A stretch of DNA of 63,918 nucleotides, the filler included, from Atractiella rhizophila (taxonomy: Eukaryota), in NCBI GenBank assembly GCA_021432655.1. It is 8 parts of 7 records of this genome, joined end to end, with 100 filler letters (N's around TTAATTAATTAA, not from the genome) between each part and the next. Parts side by side here need not be neighbours in the genome. Positions count along the whole stretch, not along the records: positions 51,271 to 59,959 come from MU271524.1; positions 60,060 to 62,391 come from MU271526.1; positions 62,492 to 63,918 come from MU271548.1; 5 more parts are not named here. The stretch is one strand, 5' to 3'. Numbering within the stretch: the first letter of the stretch is position 1; every line of letters starts with the position of its first letter. Positions 52,788 to 63,918 of this stretch are shown here, piece by piece. The position numbers and the translations under genes are program-made. The notes under the pieces are model-generated. The model did not search any database and was not told the origin of the DNA. It saw only the letters and a list, made by a program, of their open reading frames with translations.

Positions 52788-54104
52788 CTCTTTAGAGGGC
52801 AAGTCTCGATGCAATGTTGAGAAAGATTAAGGGTCATCATCGTCCAATGGGGTACGAGTTCCAACGAGCTCCGCGACGACTTTCTAACCCGCCTGCCCTG
52901 TGAGGACATGCGTGAACCAAAAGGAAGGTAACATCGGTGTCATTAGCATGATACTGTATATATCTCTTCAGGACTGTCCGAGCTATACTATTTGAGAAAA
53001 TGACAACACTCTCCTATTTTCCCACTCCATCTCAGTCTTCTCAGGTCGGTTCAGTGTCAATGACCTGTTATGAGGATTGCTGTCCGATCGTTCAAGCGGG
53101 CGATTTCGGAATAGCAGAATCATAATCAGTTTCACCTATCTCTTTCTCAGACTCAGTGGTTTTCACGCTCTGTATCCATCTCCTTTTCACGGCTCAAACA
53201 AATTGGCAAGTACACCCCGAAATGATCCGGTTAACGCCAGTGGTATGAAGTTGGTTATGAAACAGGTGAAATACTACCTGCCACGAATGTGTTAGGACGC
53301 TCCTTAGACAAGACACATCGGTCTGTCCTCGCCTGTTTCACGCAAAATTTGCAAAGCAGACCTAAACGCCATTTCATACGGTTAGCGAATATAGATAATG
53401 CTGCTAAATTGTTCGACTTTCTCAAACCACACCTCTTCCATGAAACTTTGGGATCATGATGTAAGCAATTTCTCTAGAGCTGAAAGTTGAAACCTTTGAT
53501 CCGAGCATAAGGTGCCCGAGGCACCAAGCTCACCAATCAATTCGAGCGTGTTCGCGTCAAATCGCTTCTCCCTGACTTCTCTGCTCGGAGGGTAAGGCGT
53601 GCCCCTGTTCCCCGGACAGTCGCGTCATACGGTGGACAATGAACTTCAAGATCTGGAAACTGCTTTAATGCAAGAATTAATGATTGTGTGGGTAGAAGTG
53701 CTCCCTGCCGGAAGTTTCAGTAATGGAGTTCGTGAGGGGATTCTGAGCAATATGCGTCGTCCATTATGGGACCAAAACTGCAGAGGAGATATAGTGACTT
53801 AACTTGCCCTAACATCTGCCTTGCTCCTCCTTTATTGCTTTTGGCTCAACAAAAATAATGCGGATCTCAGGCTAACAAACAAATCTAAGTTCCTTTGTCT
53901 GCTTGACATCGAATCTTGTAACCACGAGACGATAACCTAATCTGTTCATTCACGTTCATATGGCACTTTTTCAGTTTCATCTCTATGAAATCCGCATAAA
54001 AGGGAGTAGGGGCACGTCCAGCGTCCCCTGCAACCTCCACTCGCTTGCTTATTCCCTTGATTTCACTCTCTTCCTCTGCTTAGCTTCTGGACGAAGAGCA
54101 CCTC

Positions 54105-55445
54105 ATGAAGAACCCACGCGCACTCATTCTCAACCTCCAAAAGTCTAACAAAACCGATCCCCCTCTTCCATCACGCTTCTCAGACGACGACCCCTTCTCT
54201 CCCTTCTCTCCTGCGCATCGAGAAGAGCTTGAACGCGGCGTGGAAAACCGGGAATACGCTGGAAGGTTATACAGCGATCCGTTCTCGTTAGAAGGCCTCG
54301 ACGACCATGATGAGGAGGTAGTGGACGTCAGCCTGAAGACAGGATTTGGGAGGCGGATGAGCAGCATTTGGAACATCGTTATGCGATCTCCAGTCGTGCC
54401 TTACAACCGCGAAAGTCGAAGCAGGAAGAGCTCAGTCGGTCCTACGGAGTCGCTTACCAGCAGCACGAAGAGCACTAAGTCGACGTTCCAGTTCCCTCGG
54501 CCGCCAACCAACACATCAACGCCTTCTTCAACGATCAACACAACAACAGCCACAAAGAAGGTCTTCTTTCCATCCCTCTTCTCTCCCACAGCCAAAGTCC
54601 CTCCAGCCGCTGAGCCTTCGATCCCTCCACCTGTGCCGCCAAAGGAAGACTTGTACTGCTACGACTTCACCCCTCCATCCGTTGTTCAGCCGGCCACGCT
54701 TTCTTCTCCTCAGGGCCTCCCACCGCTCACAACGAAAGAACGCACCCAACTGGAGAACTTTTCTTTCCCTCCGAAACCCATTTCTGTCCCGATGCAGAAA
54801 CGACCTTCGACCCTTCCTCCTCCTGGCGCGCCGCCGAAATGTCCTCTTCCTCCTATACCGTCCCGTCAGCCGACGAAAGAGGATAAAAGATCTCTCGATG
54901 ATCAGATTGGTAGAGGCATGCACGGCGAGGACAGAATGGAAAAGCAACTACCACCTCTATTAGATGAAAAACCTGCTCTCGTTCCTCAACTAATTGTGGA
55001 AGATGGTAACCCCTCTATCATTCCGCAACTGTCAGACCAATCGAAGTCGGATGAAGAACCTTGGTTCCCTCCAAGGATGAAGGGGAACATACATCGCTCT
55101 CCTCGTACAACTTTTCCATCCTATTCCTCGGAAGGTTGGAGTGACGGCATCATCAGCTCCATGTCGTCTTCTTTAGAAGGGGAGGAAGAGTGGAGAGGGG
55201 AGGAAATGGCTAGAGCTGACGGGAGCTGGGATCGCCAGGCTGCTCATGTAGGCGGCTTGACGGAGTCGGAGAGGAAGCAGATGGGAAGGTTCAAATTCCC
55301 GTGCGTCGTTCTTCCCTGCGGACTTCCATCTGGTACTGATAGTGCAACTCAAACAGCTGAATGCGGCATGTTCCACCAGTCCTCCCTTCCATCTTCGAGC
55401 GTCTTTCTTCAAAGGCACAATATATCCAACAATTGTAGTATCTGA
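54105..55445 (+). CDS. Pro/Ser-rich protein of unknown function
   Basis: 446-aa open frame with PPVPPK and PPKCPLPPIP motifs; no recognisable domain. Confidence 0.55.
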   Translation: MKNPRALILNLQKSNKTDPPLPSRFSDDDPFSPFSPAHREELERGVENREYAGRLYSDPFSLEGLDDHDEEVVDVSLKTGFGRRMSSIWNIVMRSPVVPYNRESRSRKSSVGPTESLTSSTKSTKSTFQFPRPPTNTSTPSSTINTTTATKKVFFPSLFSPTAKVPPAAEPSIPPPVPPKEDLYCYDFTPPSVVQPATLSSPQGLPPLTTKERTQLENFSFPPKPISVPMQKRPSTLPPPGAPPKCPLPPIPSRQPTKEDKRSLDDQIGRGMHGEDRMEKQLPPLLDEKPALVPQLIVEDGNPSIIPQLSDQSKSDEEPWFPPRMKGNIHRSPRTTFPSYSSEGWSDGIISSMSSSLEGEEEWRGEEMARADGSWDRQAAHVGGLTESERKQMGRFKFPCVVLPCGLPSGTDSATQTAECGMFHQSSLPSSSVFLQRHNISNNCSI

Positions 55446-56125
55446 TCGTTGGTTCCCCTACCGATTGAATCAAACGGCACGCATCTCATCGACTACCACC
55501 ATTCCAACACCCAATCCCCTTATGTGTTTATATCAGTGCTGTTGTTGTGGACAACCTACACCTGCTCTCCACCATCCGTATCCTCCGTATACGATACTCA
55601 AACTAACAGTCCCCAATCTAGCTTCGTTCTTCATCTGTCCATACTACACAGAGTTTTTAATCCGTCTCGATTCCCTTTCCCATCTTCTCACATTAGTTAT
55701 CGGTCTCCATTGCTTCACTTATGACTTAACTTGTGCCAAATTGCCTCGTCTTATACCCCTTTCCTGCCTCATCTAAAAGCATTGATATTATCTGTCTCAA
55801 TTGCTAGCATACGTATTATTCCCAACTTCTTGACTTTGACACTGTCGATATCCCACAACCATATCGTCTCAAGGAGCCATGTGAAAAAGAGTATAGAGCC
55901 TTCAAATAGTATGCATGTGTTTATCCAGCCGAACCCAGCTTGGGCTGCAAGCTTCTTCACTGTTAATCGAACTGAAACAATGCATCACTAGTCCTCTTAC
56001 TAGTAGCATATTTGACAGAGGGCTTGCGGGTACTTGGGAAGAGACTCAGATCGATTGCTGTCAAAGAAAATTGGCTTTTACGCCCAACTGCACTACAACA
56101 ACGAAGTAACTAAGACCCTTTCAGC

Positions 56126-56853
56126 CTACTCTTGAGGCACCAACTTGAGCGAACTAATTTCAGCGCATCCAGGGCAATCATCGGGGATGCTGTTCGGAAA
56201 CCACACAGCGATGTGACCATCAATCGGGTGAACTCCAAACTTGATATTGTCGGTGCTTTTAAGCCAGCTGCCGTCGTCAGCTATGGTCCAATTTCCTCCA
56301 TCGTGTCCTGCTTCGCTGTAGAGCGAGTCGTAATCTCCACCGACATAGAAGCCTTGTCCGCGGGAAGGGGTAGAAGCGACGAGAAGCGAGAACCTGTTAG
56401 GTTGTTCAGCTTTCAACGACACGCGACGGAAGGGAAGCTGCAATAAAGCATACGAGTTGCCTCCTAAGCTGGTCGCTTCAATCTGAAGGTAATAGTCGGT
56501 CTTGTCTCCAGCTGAGCCGAGCAGAACAGGGGAGCCTTCACGAACTATTCAACTGATTTCAGCGTGCGAAATGTTAGACGGAATAAATGTGTGTCACTTG
56601 ATCCTTCTTTAAGCCAGCTTGAAGTGCCATCTTTCAGGTAAATTAATCAGTTTGAACGCGGTCAGCGAGGAAACATACCAGCGAGCTCGACTTCAACACA
56701 GCTGATGGACCCATCAGTGATTACGCCTACCTGCGCTCAGCGCTAGCTCTCCTGACGTCAAAGAGAATACGTACCACGCTTCTGATGTCTGAGGGGTCCA
56801 TTGGCGGAGACAAACGCTCCAAGGAAAAGAGTGGCAGCGACAACAGGCTTCAT
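56126..56853 (-). CDS. Small secreted protein with several micro-exons
   Basis: MKPVVAATLFLGAFVSANGPLRHQKR followed by a GTACGT donor; last exon ..YYLQIEATSLGG..CPGCAEISSLKLVPQE*. Confidence 0.65.
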
Positions 56854-56930
56854 GAATAGGTAAAGAATGATAACGTTTAATACTCTGGACTGTTTTGGTG
56901 ATGCTGAAGGAAACTAGGACAGAGCTCCTT

Positions 56931-56939
56931 CTTTTATAG
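56931..56939 (-). promoter_or_regulatory. TATA box of the small secreted protein gene
   Basis: CTATAAAAG on the minus strand about 80 bp upstream of the ATG at 56853. Confidence 0.5.
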
Positions 56940-59900
56940 TTCGCCTGCTCTCCCCTCTCCACCAGGAAAGCAGGAAACAAAATATAACTGCGGTCGAGCG
57001 CATGCCTGTGCGTGAAGCATTGTGAACTCCGACCTGCCGAAACAATGTGGACTGCATGTGCATGTGAGGGTGTGGATGGATGACATTGGTGTGTCTCGTT
57101 GTGCAGATCTTGAAGAACAAGAGAACGCTCTCTGGCATTCAGGATTTTAGAGGCTACTAGTACGGATATTGTGGAGGCTATGGAGAGGATTTTAAAGCCT
57201 ATGGAGAGCTTGTTGGAAAGTAAAATGTTGTGCCGATCGAAAACTGGAGGGAAACATGACTAGTATGTATGGTGTGCGAGTACGAGTTAGTCGCATCATT
57301 TGTGAATTTTTGAATGAAATGCGGGAGAGCGTGCAAAGGACAAGAACTAATAAAACATACTAGATGATGCATTGATGTACGACCGTGACTACTACTAGTA
57401 GTACTGACTTCAGGGAAAGCTACCCAACATATGCATCCTCGAATTCGAATTCATACCTGCTCCTGCGAGTTTCCAGAATCTTCCATCAGTCCTTATTTCT
57501 CTTCGTGCAACAAGAAATCATTGTTGGGCACAACGGGGCGGGCGGTTTATGTGTTCAAATGTCCGGCAGGCATGGCTTAATCGCACAGAAAAAAAGCCCA
57601 CGGAGAAGCCGTAAAGAGAGTATTTTAACCAATATCGACATGAGTGGATGGCTGTCATTTATCTGCGTTAGCTGTGTTCTTGACACTCTGAGTCCTCCAC
57701 CTCCAACTCGCCGCACCATCGATGGATTGTAACAACCGCTAGTTCTTTCCAGAGGACGTGCCATCTCAAATATCCAGACAAATACCTATAACTTCGGATC
57801 CAGTGCCATATTTTCACGACCATGCCCATGTTGGTTCGATGTCCAAACAGGTCCACTGTACTGCTCGCACAGCGCGTCAATCGTAATCATCACATTGACC
57901 ATGCCTGCCGCCAATGCGGCCATCCTTCTACCTCCTAGGCATAGTCCAGTTCTCGCTCAGAGTCGCGCCACGTAGAACGATTCACGTCGCCTTGCTCAAT
58001 CACTCCTTCCGCCTTTCGGAGATCAGAATCATAATCTCGTAGCCTTCTATGAGGGTCACGGATATCCAAATGACTCGTATAAGGACAGGTTGCGCTTCAT
58101 CCATGCTGCTTTCTTAGATGCGTCTGCGTACGAGTTTCTTTCTCTGCAACGAAGTTTGATTCGATCCATGTCGGCGTCGACAGGTGTCCCTCGCAATCTA
58201 TATTTTGCAATCGGGGGTTAGTGGTAACAGAGAAAGGGTTTGCGATCCTGCCTCACTTAATTGTGGCGGGAATCATATTTATGTGCCGCTGCACCTGGGG
58301 AAATTATCCTGCTCGTTAGCATTCCAACATTGAGTATTATCCGTCAAAGCAGCGAGGGAGGAGACGTCTATGACGTATAGCAGCTATTTCAGCCAACCGA
58401 GCAGCTTCTTCAACAAGTGAGCAAGATGAAAGAATGGACAACAAGGTGAAAGCCCTTGTCGTGAGTAACATTCTCTTTTCAGTGGTCTGCCCGATGGGTT
58501 ACTGATTTTTCTTCCGAGAGGCAGTCTCCTAAATAGAAATCACATCGTATGTCCAGGCTCATTGTCGTTGTGCATATGGCGGTTCCATGTAACAGTCTGC
58601 TGATCCTCTTCATCTTCGTACTCGTTGCAAAAAGGGCACGAAGTGGAGCAGGCACTACACAAGAGGGATGTTTAGTTGTGGTGAACCCTTTTTCGGGTCG
58701 TCCCATGAGCGGTTGTCGTGGCGGTCCTCAAGTGCCTGTTGTGGCCAGGCTGCGAAGGATGCCATGGTGTTAATGTCCAATATTCAATCGTGCACATATT
58801 GAAAAATTGCATCGTGACGGGCAAACTTCCTGCCAAGATGTAATAGCATGCTTGTAAATTGTGCATGTGCATCCACGCGGTAGGCATCCTGTTGATCGTG
58901 AGGAGATCCTGGAAGCATCTATTCAGGGCTGTTAGGAAATAACTTTGCGGACATCCCGTTCCAGGACTGTTTGCTCCACCCTACTAGTAGCATAATTGTT
59001 GATGTGAGAAGTCTACAACCCGCCTACACTTCCCTTCTCCTGACCCTCAGACGAGCCGTACAATCACACAACGCTAAATGACTTATTGATTTGACTGTTT
59101 CATAGGATGAAAGAGAAAGACGACCGTCTAGCATAGACCAGACCAGAGCTCGCAGCGATATGAGAACGCCTTCACGAGGATTCACTTTGTTGTGATAAAT
59201 CAAGGGCATGTGATGAAATTGGGGAGGAGGCGAAAAGTTATTAATTGCCTGCTTGACTGCGATACAACAACCCTTTAGATGAAAATTATAATACGTGGAC
59301 AGGACCTCAACTCTAATCCCTTTCTCCCTTCTTAAACCGTACCCACATCCCCCCGCGAAAGGCAATTGTCAGAGTGAGGAACTCCTTTATCTGACCATCA
59401 GGAAGTACGCTGTCTGAGGGCTGTTTGTCCCATGCGAAGTCGACGCTCTCAAATGTCTGAAGCATACGCGCTACAGCATACGAAATTTCGTTAAGCGCTA
59501 CAATAACCGATCAGCGTTGGATGAGGGGAGAGGTCTAGCGGGAAAACGTGCCAAATTTCTGGCCGAGACAGATTCTAGGACCAGCGCTGTTTTACGCCGA
59601 GTTCATGAGTGTCGTAGGATGGTAGAAGGAGGAATACGTACGAGAAAGCTTGAAAGATGAATGGTTTGGCTGTCATGCGCGAAACCCTCTCATCTATCCA
59701 TCGCTCCGGATCCCAAACGCAAGCGTCAGGTCCTAAGCATGGACATCAGCAATATTTACACGACGGAGTGAGCACAAACCCCAATAGTCTTCATTTCGCT
59801 GCAAACAACCAATAGGATACCGAATGGTGGAGCTATATCATTGATGTGAATATTAATTTCGCCAGTGCGAGGATGAGAGTTGAGAACGCACCCTCCTTTA

Positions 59901-59959
59901 ACATAATATCTCTGACCGTCGATCACCCACACATCATCTCCAAAGGCGTACCTACTATT

Positions 59960-60059
59960 NNNNNNNNNNNNNNNNNNNNNNNNNNNNNNNNNNNNNNNNN
60001 NNNTTAATTAATTAANNNNNNNNNNNNNNNNNNNNNNNNNNNNNNNNNNNNNNNNNNNN
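59960..60059. other. Artificial contig-joining linker
   Basis: N-TTAATTAATTAA-N, 100 nt. Confidence 0.97.
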
Positions 60060-60556
60060 GTAAGAAGGGACACTGTCGTCATCCCCGGAGGGTAAGCCTA
60101 TCATGCTTTTTTGTTCCGGACCTTTCTGAGGAAGATTCCAGAGGGCATGCCGTTCTGAGATTTGCGAATGACAACCCTGGAGTTTGGGTGGTGAGTAATC
60201 TCTCTTATTAGGGTTTCTAGTTCCAGATTGACTTATTTTCCGTCTCATAGGTGCATTGTCACATTGCGTGCGTGAACTCACATCACAAGGTTTACCCGGC
60301 TGACATCTTTGAGTCAGTTGGCATCTCGCTTCTGGATTCCTGGCGTAGGCATCTCCTTTTCTTCCAGTCCGTCAACGCTGACAGGTTTGGTGACCACAGT
60401 GCTATCATCACCCGACCAAATGACATTGCTGCAATGACCATTCCATCGGGCAACAAAGCTTTATGTTCCAGAGTCCCTGCCTCCGATCTCTATCTTACTG
60501 AGCCTGGGAAGAAGAGGTCGCTCGGACTCATCTCACGGAGGAAAATTATCCGATGA
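60060..60556 (+). CDS. Multicopper oxidase/laccase C-terminal exons, 5' truncated
   Basis: RRDTVVIPG, DNPGVW, HCHIA|WHLASGF copper-binding signature across short introns. Confidence 0.9.
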
Positions 60557-62391
60557 GGGAAAATTTGAGAAGAGGACAAAGAAGAGGATGAGCGGGATGG
60601 ATCTGGGAATGGGCATGATGGACATTAGGCCGCTTGGGAAGTAATCCTTTCGTTGCAATCGTTTTGTTGCAATGAATGTTGGAGAGACAGCTCCTTCGTT
60701 TGTTTTATTTCACAAAAGTACAAGAGAGATAGTTACTTTCGAATCATATTCATGGTTTGATCTCCAAGGAAGGGCATGCGACACTTGTCATCATCGACAG
60801 CAATAGAATTTTGCTTATTCAAACTTTTGCTATTGCTCCAGTTACTTGATAATTAGAGCCGTGGTATGCGGTGGATTTTCCAAGGAAGGATTTCTGACCT
60901 GGATTGTGTTGTCGCATTGATATTAACCTCTCGCGGCAGAGTAAAATGAAGAGCAAGTCCACGACAGACAAAACTACTAGCATATCCAGCACCAATGGAA
61001 GAATGTGCTAGTTGGTAGAACTAAGGTTGATCAATGCTCAAATCTTAGATCCCCGACCTGAACGAAGTTTAGGAGGGTCTCTGTTTGTCGAGCTCAAACA
61101 CGATCATCCGGTGACATTCCTGCTGCACGCAGCACTGCTAGCGATCGCAGTAAAAAGATTGTGCAATGGTTGTGTTTCGGCTTGCGTCGCTAAACCTTGA
61201 CCGTGACCCTGACCACCTGGCCTTTGAAATGAGAGGAAGTGAGGATCCCCGTTGACTTCGAAAGGAGAGAAATGTGCGACCGCCAGCTCTCGAAAATCAC
61301 ATGTTTGCCTGGCCCTGCCTCCCTTTCACGATACCTTCAATTGTCTTCGACTGGAATACTGTATTTCCTTTTGGAGTTTTCTTTTTTGAAACCTGGGAAC
61401 AGGAGAAGTGCAAATGTTGATGGCCGTCGCCAGGCTCAAACCTCCACCCACGCTGGTGGACGCTTCAGCTTCGACTGCAGAGAAAGACGTTGGAAATGTC
61501 AACGGAGAGGAGGAGGAGTAACTGCTGAACCCGTTGGGGTGACCGAATGAAAGGGAGCTGCAGATTGATGACAGCACTGATTTCCTATCCTCTCTTGCCC
61601 TCAATCCTTTAGTACACGAAAGAATAGGCGAAACCATTTGTGCAGTATTATGCAAGAGCATCTTTCTATCCAGCCTATCAGTTTCTGGGATTGAGGATTC
61701 TCAAGGGGATCCTCGCGATCCGCTTCGCTCGCAGTAACATTTGTTTCTGGTCTCCTTCATTCTAATTGGAAAACGACATCTGGTTTTCCGGGATCAAGAC
61801 TCGGCGCTTAGTCAACTGTCCAAAGGGGCCTCCTCCCGCCAGTTACTTCTGAAACCAACGCACTGACACGAAGCGGCTTGAGAAGGTGGCATGTCCAGAA
61901 TGGAAATTACTAAGTATCCTTTAATCTGAGCGCAAGAAGGCAGTGGAGGATGGAAACTTGAAAGGAGGAATGAGGAGGAGGGATGATGAAGGAAGTCGGG
62001 ACTGGAAGGGAAGAGGAAGTGACGTCCACTTCTCTTGGAGCCTCCTGCGACTTCTACGTAGTCCCTTGAGATATGGAGAAGGATGATGTGCGATGATATG
62101 TCCCAAGAGTATGATATCCAATGTTGTACATCCTGTATAAGGAATAAAAAGTACATAATTTCCATGCCAAAGAACGACAGTTTATGGTAACCATCCGTGA
62201 AAGTCCACCTGCAGCCATAAATTTCGGATGAAAATAAGAACAGCAGGGTAATTTCACAATCTCGTAAGGTGAATGTTGGATTTGGTAGATGACAATCCCT
62301 CAGACAAATAGTTGTTATATTGAGCCAACAGCGTCTGATCCCACTCCAACGGCATGCGTACCCCAGCGAACTGGGCCTCATGAGCCTCTCT

Positions 62392-62491
62392 NNNNNNNNN
62401 NNNNNNNNNNNNNNNNNNNNNNNNNNNNNNNNNNNTTAATTAATTAANNNNNNNNNNNNNNNNNNNNNNNNNNNNNNNNNNNNNNNNNNNN
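62392..62491. other. Artificial contig-joining linker
   Basis: N-TTAATTAATTAA-N, 100 nt. Confidence 0.97.
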
Positions 62492-63918
62492 TCTTCCTGG
62501 CGGTTTGAGCGGGTTCGAACTGGAGCTAGAAAACCCCGGATTTGTTCTGAAGGTTAGGACCTCTTTTTCATTCTTTCTCGATCGTCTTCCCCTCCGTCCT
62601 CCATTAGCAAAGAGCATTGACCTTTTGTCCCTCGCGCCGACTGTTTGAACGGTTGATCGGGGCTCCTTGAATATCTGAATGTGGGAATTTCAACCAACTT
62701 CTTCTCAAATCTCTCATCCACTCGAGACTTTCAACCAGAAGAAGTTGGGCAAAGAAATGTCGACTGCAAAATTAGATTGTTATTGCACTGAGGCGCCACA
62801 CACGTCACGCAGGGCACAAGTAACGATGTTGGCTGACCTGCAGCAGAAGAACATCAGCGTTGAAAATTTTGTTGAGGGGACGGACGTTCTCAATCCGTTG
62901 ATTTGGGTCTATCTCACTTCGCCCGAATCCCTAACTCGGTGCTAAACCTTAAGTTCTTTCAAGATGGAGTCGAGTGGAGCGAGCTAGCGAGCTGACTGCA
63001 GCGAAGTAGGGGGAACTACGAGTTAGAAGCGAACACGGCGAGTGAACAGGCATTCGCTCAACGTTGTGGTATATCGGGAGACCTGAAGGGTAGTGACGGA
63101 GCCTGGAAGCGGGAGTTGGTAAAGACGTTGATTCAAGTTATTCCTGTCAAAGTGCAGAGGTGTAAAGGTATCTCAAATCTGGATGTGTTGGCTGAATTTT
63201 GGCGCGGATAGTAGCCGGCGGACCTGAATTGCTTTCGTGAAAGGCGCTCGGATAGCCAGAGATCTTTCTGAAATCATGAAACATGAAACAAAATGGGGCT
63301 GAAGCTTGAAAGATGCCGATTATTTCTCCCCGTTCGTTATCATCCTGTTACTTCGTTATTGCAGTTGCACACCTGAAAGAAGTGTTCCCGTGCCATGGCC
63401 TCGTCTCCTGTTGGCTACAGTTCTCTTGATCGTTTAGCGACGCTCACGTTCTCGTTCGTCGCACCATGGTACCAGCCAAGGTCATCACGCAAGGCGGACT
63501 TCTCAGTCCTTCCTGCCACAATCGTCTTAAACTCTTTGCGAAAGCAGTGCACAAAATTGGTGAAGTTGTTGTTACGCCGGTTGTCAAAACGCTGCTGTTT
63601 CCATTACTTGGTTGCTTCATGTGTACACTACGCTAGTAAACCACAATTGGCAAGCTCACAATTTCTCTGTGGTGGCGAAAACTCCTTCGGGAAGCTGTGT
63701 CTGGCGACGGGAGAGGTCAGCTGGTTCAATACACGCAGGAAAGCCAGCGGGTCACGGACTTAGAACCAATCAAAGGAAAATCCACCAGAATATCAGAAGA
63801 GCTATCCCGTACCTTCTCCGTTCGTTTTGCAAGTCACCAGACTACCACAGTAGTTGCATTCTATAGCTGCTTTTCTAGGGCACTCGCATTCACTTCCTCT
63901 CGCTTTTTCCTTTATCCC

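Noticed and set aside
61812..63866. ORFs of 60-190 aa near the window end
   Set aside because: No recognisable motifs or consistent exon structure.

Overview
Fungal genomic DNA, apparently basidiomycete (intron-rich, typical introns about 50 nt). The window is not one locus. It holds eight contigs joined by artificial 100-nt linkers (N...TTAATTAATTAA...N), plus two ordinary N gaps, so neighbourhood only means something within a contig. Recognisable genes: a Usa1/HERP-like UBL membrane protein, an FAD monooxygenase, KRE33/NAT10, FKBP12 (FPR1), ERV46, VMA9, SDE2, a CCDC6-like coiled-coil protein, a Zn2Cys6 factor, kynurenine 3-monooxygenase (BNA4), two alpha/beta hydrolases, a STE20/PAK kinase, a STE20-like pseudokinase, a secreted cupredoxin+DUF3455 fusion, a zinc-ribbon protein, STE24, a small secreted protein and a laccase 3' end. 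The standout is a multi-exon gene at 4594-8100 that the ORF track shows only as fragments. It has a putative gasdermin-like N-terminal domain fused directly, with no NACHT/NB-ARC or protease domain, to about 12 near-identical 120-bp TPR repeats with hypervariable positions. This is a candidate one-component fungal immune receptor/cell-death effector. Its frame is broken at several short homopolymers, probably by sequencing error. All family assignments come from motif recognition by eye; no searches were run.
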